Counted from the first letter of the stretch, positions 49,919-60,532 are shown. The stretch: DNA of 64,000 bases from Bacilli bacterium (GCA_017411715.1 JAFQPO010000009.1:30732-94731), one strand, 5' to 3'. Made by a program: numbers and translations. Notes: a model not told the origin generated them from the sequence alone.

Positions 49919-49946
49919 TATCTTATGAATAAGTTAATAGATTGTT
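49919..49946 (-). promoter_or_regulatory. sigmaK-like promoter of gerE
   Basis: AACA-15-CATAAGATA, matching AC-N16-CATAnnnTA. Confidence 0.65.
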
Positions 49947-51738
49947 ACATTTTTGATTGTAATTTTTCTTTTAAATTTTCTATTACATCTTTAGGTAATC
50001 CTAGTGACTTTAATCTATCATCACTGGCATCTAATACCTCATATATATCATCAAAGGTAGAAAGTAATTTTTTCTTTCTTTTTTCACCAATTCCCTCAAT
50101 ATCATCTAGAACTGATGCGAACATGCTTTCTGAATGAACCTTTGAAAAGAATGTGATCGCAAATCTATGTACTTCATCTTGCATCGCTTCAAGAAGTAAA
50201 AAAAGATTGGAATTTTTAGCAAGTTCTATTTCTTCAAAAGACTCATTTATGATTGCGCGAGTACGATGTTTATCATCTTTAGCTAATCCCATAACATTGA
50301 TGTCGTTAATACCAAGTTCTAATAAAACTTCTTTCGCTGCTTTTACTTGTGGGATACCACCATCAACTATTATTAAATCACATTTAGTTAAATTATCACT
50401 AATAACTCTTTTATATCTTCTTCTTAAAACTTCTTGCATTGTATGATAATCATCTGCTCCATCAACTGTTTTAATTTTATATTTACGATATTTAGAAGGA
50501 GCTTTAACACCATCAACATATACAACCATTCCACTAACACTACTTGCGCCTTGAATATTAGAATTATCAAAAATTTCAATTGTTTTTGGATATTTAATAC
50601 CAAGCATTTTAGCAAGTAAATCTAAAGCATCAGTTGTCTTAGAAATTTTATTAAGACGTTCTTTTTGAAGATTGTCTAAATTAGTTTTCGCATTTTCACA
50701 AGCTAAATCAACTAATTGTTTTTTTATGCCTATTTTAGGTATATATATTTTTGAATCAATAAATTCATTTAAAATCTCACTATCATCAACAAAAGGAATT
50801 AAAATTTCTTTTGGAGCAAGTGCTACATCATTATAGAATTGTAACATATATAGCATTAATGCATCATCAACACTATCATACAAATCAAATACACTACCGC
50901 TACGTTCAATCAATTTACCATTTCGCATATGGAAAACTTGAATATTAATAAGCCCATCTTTTACATAATAGCCAAAAATATCCCTATCAATTCCATCAGT
51001 TAAGCTAATCTTTTGTTTTTCAACAACGCTAGATATACTAGCTATCATATCTCTATATTCTTTAGCTTTTTCAAATTCTAATTCTTCTGCGGCTTTTTGC
51101 ATCTTAATTGTTAAGTCATTTATTAACCATGAATCTGGTTTAGTTAAATATGAATGAACTTTTTCTAAATAATAATCATTTGTTTCTTTAGATATATCAT
51201 TTATACAAGGAGCTAAACATTGATTCATTGCGTAATACAAACAAGGCTTCTTAGGCAGTGTATTACATTTTCTAAAAGGAATAATACGATTTAATATTTC
51301 AACAGTCGTTTTACAATCTTTAGAAGATGGATATGGTCCATACAAACTAACACTTGTTTTCTTTTTATTAGGAATAGTTCTGACAATCGATATCTTAGGA
51401 TATTTATCTTTAGTTACTTGTATATACGGATATGTTTTATCATCCATTAATAAGATATTATATTTTGGACGATACTCTTTAATATAATTTAATTCAAGTA
51501 AAAAAGCCTCCGCCTCAGTTGATGTAATAATATATTCAAAGTGATCAATATTACTAACCATTTGTGTCGTTTTAGCATCATGGCTTCCGGTAAAATAACT
51601 TTTTAGTCTGTTAGATAAATTCTTTGCTTTACCAACATAAATAATTACATTATCACTATTATACATTTGATAACAACCAGGCTTCTTAGGAACTAATTGT
51701 AACTTTTCATGTATCTGTTGTTTAACTTGCTCATTCAT
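49945..51738 (-). CDS. uvrC: Excinuclease ABC subunit C
   Basis: PGCY...IYVGKAKNL GIY-YIG domain, FDNSN, DGG..Q, DEVHRFAI and HhH. Confidence 0.98.
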   Translation of the reverse strand: MNEQVKQQIHEKLQLVPKKPGCYQMYNSDNVIIYVGKAKNLSNRLKSYFTGSHDAKTTQMVSNIDHFEYIITSTEAEAFLLELNYIKEYRPKYNILLMDDKTYPYIQVTKDKYPKISIVRTIPNKKKTSVSLYGPYPSSKDCKTTVEILNRIIPFRKCNTLPKKPCLYYAMNQCLAPCINDISKETNDYYLEKVHSYLTKPDSWLINDLTIKMQKAAEELEFEKAKEYRDMIASISSVVEKQKISLTDGIDRDIFGYYVKDGLINIQVFHMRNGKLIERSGSVFDLYDSVDDALMLYMLQFYNDVALAPKEILIPFVDDSEILNEFIDSKIYIPKIGIKKQLVDLACENAKTNLDNLQKERLNKISKTTDALDLLAKMLGIKYPKTIEIFDNSNIQGASSVSGMVVYVDGVKAPSKYRKYKIKTVDGADDYHTMQEVLRRRYKRVISDNLTKCDLIIVDGGIPQVKAAKEVLLELGINDINVMGLAKDDKHRTRAIINESFEEIELAKNSNLFLLLEAMQDEVHRFAITFFSKVHSESMFASVLDDIEGIGEKRKKKLLSTFDDIYEVLDASDDRLKSLGLPKDVIENLKEKLQSKM

Positions 51739-51833
51739 ATTATTTCCCTCTTTAGATATTATACCACAAAATACATTTTAATTAAAGAAAAAGAAACCAA
51801 ATGATATTAAACATTTGATTTCTTTTTTTCTTT

Positions 51834-52040
51834 TTATTCGGTATATCCCCAAACTACAGGTCTATCATAAGGATTCCAATTACTGTTTCAACTTGATGGT
51901 TTATATGGAGTTTCGCAGTATATTGTCACACAATCACAGAGATTAAACACATAGTAGCCTACAATTTTGACACTATTTGGAATAACTATACTTTCTAAAC
52001 TACTACAATAAGAGAATGCATCTGCTCCTATTTTTGCCAC
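51834..52040 (-). pseudogene. Orphan C-terminal fragment of a BspA-type LRR protein with an internal TGA
   Basis: Reads VAKIGADAFSYCSSLESIVIPNSVKIVGYYVFNLCDCVTIYCETPYKPSS*NSNWNPYDRPVVWGYTE*; TGA at 51888-51890; own hairpin at about 51791-51824. Confidence 0.82.
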
Positions 52041-52080
52041 TAGAAATTTATCTCTTAATAGTAGAGATTATGTAAAAAAT

Positions 52081-52108
52081 AAAAAATCCGAAAGAATCGG
52101 ATTTTTTT
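52081..52108 (-). terminator. Terminator of the rimP-rbfA operon
   Basis: AAAAAATCCGA-AAGAA-TCGGATTTTTT. Confidence 0.85.
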
Positions 52109-52110
52109 AT

Positions 52111-52467
52111 TTAATTATTATTTTGTTCTTTTGCTTTAATCTCTCTTAAGATATCTTCAATATGTTTACCATTGGCAAGTGATTCATCATATTTAAATCT
52201 TAAGTCAGGAGTTTTCTTAGTATCTAATCTTTTAGCTAGCATACTACGAATAAAACCTTTTGCGTCTAGTAATGCTTTTTTAGTTGCCTCAATCTCAGAT
52301 TGATCACCTAAGATTGTATACCATATTGTAGCAAGAGATCCATCGCTTGTTAGTGAACATTTTGTGATTGAAATGAATTTAAGTAAGTGATTTTTAGATT
52401 CTTGAAGTAAGATAGATGATACTTCTTTTTCAATTATACGTTCAATACGTTCTATTCTAAAACTCAT
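52111..52467 (-). CDS. rbfA: Ribosome-binding factor A
   Basis: AKGFIRS.LA.RL....TPDLRF.YDES; follows infB. Confidence 0.95.
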   Translation of the reverse strand: MSFRIERIERIIEKEVSSILLQESKNHLLKFISITKCSLTSDGSLATIWYTILGDQSEIEATKKALLDAKGFIRSMLAKRLDTKKTPDLRFKYDESLANGKHIEDILREIKAKEQNNN

Positions 52468-54911
52468 AGTGTACGCTCAACTTCTTCCATAATAAAGAAT
52501 TCTAAAACGTCGCCAACTTTAATATCATTATAATTTTCAATTGTAAGACCACATTCATAACCATTCTTAACTTCTTTAACATCGTCTTTGAAACGTTTTA
52601 ATGAAGATAATTTACCAGTATAAATAACAATACTATCACGAATGATTCTTACACCTGAATTACGATTAACAATACCATTAGTTACATAACATCCCGCAAT
52701 TGTTCCAACTTTAGAAACTTTGAATGTTTCACGAACTTCAGCTTCACCAGTTGCTTTTTCTTCAAATACAGGATCAAGCATACCAAGTACAGCTTTTTCA
52801 ATATCTTCTTGAAGCTTATAGATAATATCATATAAACGAATTTCAATACCTTTTTCTTTAGCTAAATCAGATATAGCCGCATTAGGTCTAATATTAAAAC
52901 CTATTATTACTGCACTTGATGCGATGGCTAAGTTAATATCTGTTTCTGTAACCCCGCCAACACGTGATGCTACAACATTGATTTTTGTTCCTGGAATATC
53001 AATTTTTTCTAACAATCCTTTAATAGCTTCTATTGAACCTTGTACATCACATTTAATAATTAAGTTTAAGTATTTTAAAGTTTCATCTTTTTGGTTTTTA
53101 AATAACTCAGTTAATGAAATTCCTTTACCTACACCTTTTTCTTCATTAAATTTATTGTGTGCTCTTGTTTCAGCTACTTCTCTTGCTTTTCTTTCATCAT
53201 TGAAAATCATGAATTTTTCACCAGCACATGGAACTTCCGCAATACCTGTAATTTCTACTGGTTTAGAAGGTCCTGCTTGTAACACTTGTTTACCAAGTTC
53301 ATCTTGCATTGCACGAATCTTACCATAAGTATTACCAACAACAATAATATCGCCAACTTTAATTGTACCATTTTGAACAAGTAAAGTTGCTACTGGTCCA
53401 CGACCTTTATCAAGTTTAGCTTCAATTACTGTACCACTACCTAAACGATTAGGATTAGCTTTATATTCATTCATTTCGCTAACTAATATAATCATATCAA
53501 GTAATTCTGGAACGCCTTTGCCACTTAAAGCAGACATTTCACAGAATATTGTGTCGCCGCCCCATTCTTCACATAATAAATTGTATTCAGTTAATTCTTG
53601 TTTAATACGATCTGGGTTAGCTCCAACTCTATCAATTTTGTTAACCGCAACAATGATTGGAACATTAGCAGCTTGAGCATGTTCAATAGCTTCTTTTGTT
53701 TGAGGCATTACGCCATCGTCAGCCGCAACAACTAAAACTACAATATCAGTAATTTGAGCTCCACGTGCTCTCATTTCTGTGAAAGCAGCATGCCCTGGAG
53801 TATCAATGAAAGTAATTAATTGACCTTTCTTTTCTACTTGGTAAGCCCCAATATGTTGAGTAATACCACCAGCTTCGCCTTGTACAACATGACTTCTTCT
53901 AATTGCATCAAGAAGTGTTGTTTTTCCATGGTCAACGTGACCCATGATTGTTACGATAGCAGGTCTTGGTAATAAATCTTTTTCATCATCTTTGATTTCC
54001 ATTTCATCAAAACGAACCATATCTGTAATTTGTTTGTTTTTAAGTTCATAGTCATAATCCATCGCAATTAGTTCAACTGTTTCACGATCAATTACACTTG
54101 TTGCACTGGCCATAACACCAACTTGCATAAATAATTTTTTAACAAGTTCTGTTACGCTAACATTCATAGCTTCAGCTATTTCTAAAACTGTCATACCTTT
54201 TTCATAATATAACACATGGTCTTCCATTTCTGTTTCTTGTGGAATATTACTACGACGTTTTTCTTTTTTAGAAGTGTTAGTATTTTTAATATTCTTTTTA
54301 CGACGTGAATCATTCTTTTGTGAATCTTCTTTATTATTATCACGTTTTTTAGGACGATTTTCACGTACAATATTATATTCATCATCTTCTAAGAAATGTT
54401 CATATTTTGCTAAAGTTTCTTCGTCAACACGTGGTGCAACAATATCATCATTTCTAGAGAAAATTTTTTGAACTGGTTTAGTAGTTTCTTGAACCACTTT
54501 AGTAGTTTCTTGAGCTGGTTTAGCTACTGGTTTTGAAACTGGAGCAGCTGGTTTTACTTCTGCTACAACTTCTTTTTTAGGAGTAGCTTTTTTAGGTTCT
54601 TCTTTTGGAACTGGTTTTGCTGCTTCCTTAACTGGTTTTACTTCTTTTTTAGGTTCTTCCTTTTTAGCTTCAACCGCTGGTTTTGCAGCTGGTTTTGGTT
54701 TACCAGGAATTACTACTTTATTAACTGGTTTTGGTTTTGCTGCTCCTTTGAATGGATAAGGAACATTATATCTTTTAGCTAACTTCTTTTCAGTTTCTTT
54801 ATCAACCATTGTTTCTTCTTGAAGTTTAATATCTACACCAACATTTGATAATAAATTTAAAAGTTCAGCGGGTGTAGTTTTAAAAATTACTGCTAATTCT
54901 TTAACCTTCAT
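52464..54911 (-). CDS. infB: Translation initiation factor IF-2
   Basis: MGHVDHGKTTLLD, GGITQHIGAY, DTPGH and NKID; Pro/Lys/Ala-rich linker; ATG at 54911 after GAGGTG. Confidence 0.98.
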   Translation of the reverse strand: MKVKELAVIFKTTPAELLNLLSNVGVDIKLQEETMVDKETEKKLAKRYNVPYPFKGAAKPKPVNKVVIPGKPKPAAKPAVEAKKEEPKKEVKPVKEAAKPVPKEEPKKATPKKEVVAEVKPAAPVSKPVAKPAQETTKVVQETTKPVQKIFSRNDDIVAPRVDEETLAKYEHFLEDDEYNIVRENRPKKRDNNKEDSQKNDSRRKKNIKNTNTSKKEKRRSNIPQETEMEDHVLYYEKGMTVLEIAEAMNVSVTELVKKLFMQVGVMASATSVIDRETVELIAMDYDYELKNKQITDMVRFDEMEIKDDEKDLLPRPAIVTIMGHVDHGKTTLLDAIRRSHVVQGEAGGITQHIGAYQVEKKGQLITFIDTPGHAAFTEMRARGAQITDIVVLVVAADDGVMPQTKEAIEHAQAANVPIIVAVNKIDRVGANPDRIKQELTEYNLLCEEWGGDTIFCEMSALSGKGVPELLDMIILVSEMNEYKANPNRLGSGTVIEAKLDKGRGPVATLLVQNGTIKVGDIIVVGNTYGKIRAMQDELGKQVLQAGPSKPVEITGIAEVPCAGEKFMIFNDERKAREVAETRAHNKFNEEKGVGKGISLTELFKNQKDETLKYLNLIIKCDVQGSIEAIKGLLEKIDIPGTKINVVASRVGGVTETDINLAIASSAVIIGFNIRPNAAISDLAKEKGIEIRLYDIIYKLQEDIEKAVLGMLDPVFEEKATGEAEVRETFKVSKVGTIAGCYVTNGIVNRNSGVRIIRDSIVIYTGKLSSLKRFKDDVKEVKNGYECGLTIENYNDIKVGDVLEFFIMEEVERTL

Positions 54912-55218
54912 TATGGTCACCTCTTTCTAATTCTTCCATAATGGCTTTTTTAAATCCTTTATCAGTCAATCCAAAAACCATTATTCCTTTTTTACCGACC
55001 GCATGCGATAAGTCGTTTGAATGATATTTATTAATTAAGGGAACTTTATAGAAAAATGCTTTTTTTTCTATTTTGTCAAGAGTTTGACTAGATGCATCAC
55101 TACCTATAAAAATAAGTACCATTTGATTTTTTTGCATACCTTTAATGACTGAATCTGTGCCGATTACTAACTTGCCACTTCTTCTAGCAAGTCCTAAATA
55201 ATTAAATACTTTTTCCAA
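54901..55218 (-). CDS. ylxQ: L7Ae-family RNA-binding protein YlxQ
   Basis: LGLARRSGKLVIG, DAS and L..AVGK; operon position. Confidence 0.9.
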   Translation of the reverse strand: MEKVFNYLGLARRSGKLVIGTDSVIKGMQKNQMVLIFIGSDASSQTLDKIEKKAFFYKVPLINKYHSNDLSHAVGKKGIMVFGLTDKGFKKAIMEELERGDHNEG

Positions 55219-55232
55219 ATTATTATTTTCCT

Positions 55233-55493
55233 TTATTTAAGTAATTCTAATAATTGTTCATAAATTTCTTCAGGAACTGGTATTTCTAAATAGCGATCTA
55301 ATACTTTTTTCTTTTTCGCATTCATAATCACAGTTTTATCTTTTTTAAGATAAGCTCCATGACCACGAACCTTACCAGTGGTATCAACACAAACTGTTTC
55401 TTCAGGTGTACGAACAATTCTAAACATTTCTGATTTAGGTAATTGTTCATTAGTTGCTACACATTTACGTAATGGTATTTTTTTAACTTTCAT
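55233..55493 (-). CDS. ylxR: YlxR/RnpM RNA-binding protein
   Basis: KIPLRKCVA, RIVRT, D.TGK..G.GAY; operon position. Confidence 0.92.
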   Translation of the reverse strand: MKVKKIPLRKCVATNEQLPKSEMFRIVRTPEETVCVDTTGKVRGHGAYLKKDKTVIMNAKKKKVLDRYLEIPVPEEIYEQLLELLK

Positions 55494-55501
55494 TATATCA
55501 C

Positions 55502-56590
55502 CTATCTAACTAATCTTACATTAGGTTTAAATTTAAGTCCATCTCTGTATGCAGCATCTTCACTCTTAATATCTATTTTCCATCCAGTTACTTGAGAAGC
55601 AAGACGTACGTTTTGACCTCCCATACCGATTGCAAGAGTAAATTCTCTTTCCGGAACAATCGCTAAGCAACTTCTTTCTTTTTCATCTATCATTACACTA
55701 ATTGCATGTGCAGGAAGCAAAGCAGACGCAATAAGTTGTACTGGATCATCATCCCAAACAAAGATATCAATTTTTTCACCATTTAATGCGTCATTGATTT
55801 GTTTAATTCTAAATCCATTAACACCAACGCAAGCACCTTTTGGATCAACTCTATCATTATTTGCTTTAACTCCAACTTTACTACGGAATCCAGGTGCACG
55901 TGAAACATTTACGATTTCAACTACACCACTTGAAACTTCAGGAACCGCATTTTCAAATAAACGTTTAACAATATCACGATGAGTACGAGATACATAAACT
56001 TTTGGTCCCTTACCAGCTTCTTCAACTTTTGTAATATAAACTTTTAATTGACGCCCCGCAATTAATACATCTGTAGGTAGAGCTTCAGATTTAGGCATAT
56101 ATGCATCATAATCCATACCAATACCTAAAATAACAGCTTCATCTAATACTTTATTAATTGTTGCGGTAATCATTTCATTTTCATGGTCTTTAAAGAATTC
56201 ATAAGCTCTCTTACGACCTAATTCTTTTAATCCTTGTGTGAAAAGTTGTTTGAATTGAGCAGCACCTTTTCGACCAACTTCTTTTTCAAAATCTACTTTT
56301 CTTCTAATTGTACTACCAACTCTAACGCGTTCTTTAATAAGTTTAGCATCAGGAAGTAATATTTGTCCTTCAGGACCTTCTGGATCTATTTCAGCTACAA
56401 CTGTTAAAATTGAATAAACTCTAATTTCTTTTTTGTCATAATTAAAATCAACTTCAATGTCACCTTTAACGCCTTCTAATTGACATGCTTTTTTCATCGC
56501 AATCGCAATTTTATCAGCGATATCTGTGATTTCTAAATTACGTTCTTGAGCGATAAGTTCAAGTGATTCATAAAAATTCTTACTAATCAT
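55502..56590 (-). CDS. nusA: Transcription factor NusA
   Basis: VSRTH, LFE..VPE, R.PG.RSK, GACVG, GEKIDI and AIG.GGQNVRLA..TGWKIDI. Confidence 0.97.
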   Translation of the reverse strand: MISKNFYESLELIAQERNLEITDIADKIAIAMKKACQLEGVKGDIEVDFNYDKKEIRVYSILTVVAEIDPEGPEGQILLPDAKLIKERVRVGSTIRRKVDFEKEVGRKGAAQFKQLFTQGLKELGRKRAYEFFKDHENEMITATINKVLDEAVILGIGMDYDAYMPKSEALPTDVLIAGRQLKVYITKVEEAGKGPKVYVSRTHRDIVKRLFENAVPEVSSGVVEIVNVSRAPGFRSKVGVKANNDRVDPKGACVGVNGFRIKQINDALNGEKIDIFVWDDDPVQLIASALLPAHAISVMIDEKERSCLAIVPEREFTLAIGMGGQNVRLASQVTGWKIDIKSEDAAYRDGLKFKPNVRLVR

Positions 56591-56602
56591 AATATTACTC
56601 CT

Positions 56603-57094
56603 TTAATTCATTTTAATTGCTAATCGTATTTTTGCTATTAGTTTTCTTGCTACTTTAACAGGATATCTAAATTGTTTAATGTGTACTTTGATTTCAACCG
56701 TTTCATCATCCACACTAACAATGTCACCTTCAAATTCTTTATACATAGATTTATGAATTTCAATCTTCTCATAAGTTTTTACATTAACAAATTTGCCAAT
56801 TGCACCCTCTAAATCTTCAGTTGTCTTTAATTCTTTTTCTAACCCTACTGAAGAAACCTCTAAATAATATTCAGTTTCAATTGGATCAATTTCATCAAGT
56901 AAATCACTTAATGCCTCACTTACAAGTGTTGTGTCATCACAAGAAATTGGTTCTTCTTTATTAAGATTCTCAATTGTAAAACGTATTATTCTAATGCCAA
57001 ATTCTTTAGTATCTTCAACACTCACTAAAGTATATCCCGTTTCTAAAACTTTATTAACGGTTTTATCAAATAAACTTTTTTCGAAATTATTCAT
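56603..57094 (-). CDS. rimP: Ribosome maturation factor RimP
   Basis: S..LD..DPI...Y.LEVSS.G.E..L; first gene of the nusA operon. Confidence 0.93.
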   Translation of the reverse strand: MNNFEKSLFDKTVNKVLETGYTLVSVEDTKEFGIRIIRFTIENLNKEEPISCDDTTLVSEALSDLLDEIDPIETEYYLEVSSVGLEKELKTTEDLEGAIGKFVNVKTYEKIEIHKSMYKEFEGDIVSVDDETVEIKVHIKQFRYPVKVARKLIAKIRLAIKMN

Positions 57095-57113
57095 AACTAT
57101 ACCCTTTCAAATG

Positions 57114-57136
57114 AAAGAGTGAGCAATGCTCACCCT
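57114..57136 (-). promoter_or_regulatory. rimP leader hairpin/attenuator
   Basis: AGGGTGAGC-ATT-GCTCACTCTTT just 5' of the rimP RBS, similar to the GAGTGGG...CCCACTC hairpin seen before Firmicute rimP. Confidence 0.6.
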
Positions 57137-57277
57137 GTTAATCAAGATTATCAAGTCATATATATATTATCATAATCTTTTTAAAAAGTCAAGGTAAGTG
57201 ACTAACATACTTGATTTTTTCAATTTACTTGATAATTTTATAAATTTAAGATAAAATATATTAAAGGAGGAAATATA

Positions 57278-58936
57278 ATGACTGACAAAATTAAAATTAA
57301 AATTTTAAATTTCCCAGATTCTTTAGAAGAAGTTTCTAAAGGAACAACCCTTTTAAACATTTTACCTACCTCCCTTAGAAAAAAATATTATGTATGTTTA
57401 GTAAATGGACGTGCAAGAGAACTTAGTTTTAAAATTAGCTTTGATGCTAATTTAGAATATTTAGAACTCAACCATTCTGAAGCTGGTAAAGCATATGAAG
57501 CTAGTCTTAGATTTTTAATTGCTATGGCTTTATATGAAATTAATCCTAAATTAAATATTCGCTTTAGCTATAATGTTTCTCGTTCAATCTTTTGTGAATT
57601 TATTTCTAAAGATTTTAAATGTGATTCTTCTTTTGTAAATCAATTATCTGAAAAGATGAATGAAATAATTGAAAAAGATTTGCCAATTGAAAGAGTTACA
57701 GTTTCAAATAACGAAGCTAGTGAACTTTACAAAAAATTTAATATGAGTGATAAACTAGATATTTTAACATATCGTCCTGAAAAAGATGTACACCTATATA
57801 AATGTGGAAATTATTATAACTATATGCATTCATATATGGTACCATCAACAGGTTATCTAACTAGATATGTTTTAAAACCTTATGCGCCTGGTATTATTAT
57901 TCAATATCCAAGATATGAACTAAATGGTGACATTCCAACATTCATAGAAGCACCAATTTATGGTAGAACAATCAAAGCTGCTAGAAGCTGGGCTGAAATG
58001 ATTGGTACTCATACTATTTATCATATCAACGAAAAAATAGAAGAAAAGACGATTAATGATTTTGTTCAAATTTGTGAAACTAAACATAATAATATGATTG
58101 CCGAACTTGGCGAATTAATTAAAAAAGATATTGAAAACATTAGACTTATCGCAATTGCAGGTCCTTCTAGTAGTGGTAAAACAACATTCTCTAATCGCCT
58201 TAGAATTGAACTAATGTCAAGAGGTATTAAACCTGTAATGATTTCAATTGATGATTACTATATTGACCGCGATAAGATTTTACCAAATGAATTTGGTGAA
58301 TTGGATTTAGAAGACATTAATACAATTGATGTTGATTTATTTAATCAACACTTATATGCTTTAATAAATGGTGAAGAAGTTGAATTACCACATTTTGATT
58401 TTACCATTGCTAAACGTGTTAAAGGAAAGAAAATTAAAGTTGACCCGTCTTCTCCAATAATTATTGAAGGAATTCATGCTTTAAATGAGCTAATGAGTTC
58501 ATCCATTCCTAAACATCAAAAATTCAAAATCTTTATTAGCCCACAAATTCAAGTTAATATTGATAATCATTCGCCAATGTCTACAACTGACTTACGACTA
58601 ATTAGAAGAATAGTTCGCGATAGTGAATTTAGAAATGCACCAGCCGTTAAAACAATATCTATGTGGCCTTCTGTAAGACGTGGTGAATTTAAATGGATAT
58701 ATCCACATCAAGAACAATCTGATTATGTTTTCAATTCTGAACTTTCTTATGAACTATGCATTCTTAAAAAATATGCATTACCATTATTAAAAGAAATCAA
58801 ACCTGATGATCAGTACTATCCTGTTGCGAATAGACTTATCAAATATTTAAAATATTTTAAACCATTAGACGAATCTTTAATTCCTTGTAATTCTTTATTA
58901 AGAGAGTTTATTGGTGGTAGTTGTTTCAATGTTTAA
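57278..58936 (+). CDS. Nucleoside (uridine) kinase with an N-terminal ThrRS-like domain
   Basis: N-terminal TGS/ThrRS-like region; AGPSSSGKTT, IEGIHALN and RLIRRIVRD. Confidence 0.88.
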   Translation: MTDKIKIKILNFPDSLEEVSKGTTLLNILPTSLRKKYYVCLVNGRARELSFKISFDANLEYLELNHSEAGKAYEASLRFLIAMALYEINPKLNIRFSYNVSRSIFCEFISKDFKCDSSFVNQLSEKMNEIIEKDLPIERVTVSNNEASELYKKFNMSDKLDILTYRPEKDVHLYKCGNYYNYMHSYMVPSTGYLTRYVLKPYAPGIIIQYPRYELNGDIPTFIEAPIYGRTIKAARSWAEMIGTHTIYHINEKIEEKTINDFVQICETKHNNMIAELGELIKKDIENIRLIAIAGPSSSGKTTFSNRLRIELMSRGIKPVMISIDDYYIDRDKILPNEFGELDLEDINTIDVDLFNQHLYALINGEEVELPHFDFTIAKRVKGKKIKVDPSSPIIIEGIHALNELMSSSIPKHQKFKIFISPQIQVNIDNHSPMSTTDLRLIRRIVRDSEFRNAPAVKTISMWPSVRRGEFKWIYPHQEQSDYVFNSELSYELCILKKYALPLLKEIKPDDQYYPVANRLIKYLKYFKPLDESLIPCNSLLREFIGGSCFNV

Positions 58937-58940
58937 AAGT

Positions 58941-58977
58941 AAAGAACCCAAGTCAATTGACTTGAGTTCTTTTTTTT
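58941..58977. terminator. Bidirectional terminator
   Basis: AAAGAACCCAAGTC-AATT-GACTTGAGTTCTTTTTT between convergent genes. Confidence 0.85.
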
Positions 58978-58978
58978 A

Positions 58979-60403
58979 TTAGTTTTTTGCTTTTCTTCTA
59001 AAGATTTTTGATCTAAATAATACAACCAATAATACCGCAAGTAACCCTACTACAATTGCTAGAGTTATAAATGCTGCTTGCCTACTTTGTGGAGCATAAT
59101 CAGCTAGTAACATTATTGGGAAGCCAAGCACAATAGCTGGTAGGTTTTGATACACTAAATTATCAGCAGCAGGGGTTTCAAAGTTAGGGTCTATTTCTCT
59201 AAGTAAAATTACACCAGTTGAAGCAGTACCTGTTAACATACCATACATTGCGAAGAATTGTTCGTATTGATAATCTTTAAATAAGAACTTAGAAACAATG
59301 TAAATATATGCATATGTAGCAGCAGCACCAACAATGCCCATAATTGCAAGAACATGCCAATATGCTCTGATATTTTCTAAATCGATTGCGGCAACCCCCG
59401 CAACAATCATCACGTCAAATGCAATACCACTAATACGATTCATCATAAAGTCATTAATATGATCACGTTTTACATAATTATATTTTCTAAGTGATTTATG
59501 AACTGTTTTAACAAATATCGCAAGTAATGTACCTATCAAGAAGTTGAAACCAAAGATAGTTGATTTAAGACCATCTCCAACTAAATTACCTAATAATTTC
59601 ATTACTACATATGTCGCAACATATACAAGTAAGACAATCGCAATTTGAATTGTAGATTTATCAATAGATGCATTTACTGGTATTTCATTATTTCCTTGAT
59701 AATCATTAAGAGCTAATTTTTCTTTTTGTGTAATTGTTTCTTTTTTAATCTTACCACGGAATTTTAAAATATTTAAACAAACAACACCACCAATACTTGC
59801 GGATAAGAACCCTAGTGCAGCAATCGCAAGACCAAAGTTACTACCATTAGTAAAGCCATAGTTTTGTTGATATTTTAAACCATAGTTTAATGCTTGACCT
59901 GTACCTTGACCATAACCAAAGGCAAGTAGAATACCTGATGCTTCAATCATCCCTTTAATTTGTGGAGCAAAGATGATTGTTATAACTAAACCTAGGATAA
60001 CTTGAATTAAATAAGTTGTAACTGTAGTAACACCAGTATTAAATACTTCAGCAGTACGTTTTTTACCTTGTGTTTTTTTATTACTTTTTAAACTCATTGC
60101 GATAAAACCAATCGCAAGTGCGTGATATGTAATGATTTCCAAAATACTAGTTCCAGCCATTATATTGCCATCTTTAGTTGTGATTGAAAACATTTCTAAA
60201 TCAAAAAAAGCTTCTTTAGTTATTAATTTATAAATTGTTGTAAATACTAATATAATTATTCCACCTAATACAGATGCGGGCATTAAAGACTTATTAAGAA
60301 ATGGAATTTTATTTTTTAAAGCGTGTGAAAATAACATACTTAAAAATAACACAGCAGTTAAAAGTAGTAACGACCATATATTACTATCCCAAAAATTATT
60401 CAT
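58979..60403 (-). CDS. Sodium/glutamate symporter-like (GltS family) transporter
   Basis: About 12 TM segments; P.SVLGG, GYGQG.GQA, YGMLTGT..TG..LLR.IDP. Confidence 0.8.
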   Translation of the reverse strand: MNNFWDSNIWSLLLLTAVLFLSMLFSHALKNKIPFLNKSLMPASVLGGIIILVFTTIYKLITKEAFFDLEMFSITTKDGNIMAGTSILEIITYHALAIGFIAMSLKSNKKTQGKKRTAEVFNTGVTTVTTYLIQVILGLVITIIFAPQIKGMIEASGILLAFGYGQGTGQALNYGLKYQQNYGFTNGSNFGLAIAALGFLSASIGGVVCLNILKFRGKIKKETITQKEKLALNDYQGNNEIPVNASIDKSTIQIAIVLLVYVATYVVMKLLGNLVGDGLKSTIFGFNFLIGTLLAIFVKTVHKSLRKYNYVKRDHINDFMMNRISGIAFDVMIVAGVAAIDLENIRAYWHVLAIMGIVGAAATYAYIYIVSKFLFKDYQYEQFFAMYGMLTGTASTGVILLREIDPNFETPAADNLVYQNLPAIVLGFPIMLLADYAPQSRQAAFITLAIVVGLLAVLLVVLFRSKIFRRKAKN

Positions 60404-60532
60404 ATATTTATGTCCTCCTTTTTATAACATATGTATATTTTACACCTTTTTAGACTTCAAATCAACTAATTAATTAAAAAAACTGTCTAAGGTATATTGG
60501 TTTTATCACTAATATACTTTAAACAGTCTATG

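Noticed and set aside
51834-52040. LRR fragment as a diversity-generating retroelement template repeat
   Set aside because: No reverse transcriptase in the window and no near-identical partner differing only at adenines; similarity to the LRR genes here is protein-level only.
54440-54745. Short repeats in infB
   Set aside because: Ordinary Pro/Ala/Lys-rich IF-2 linker.
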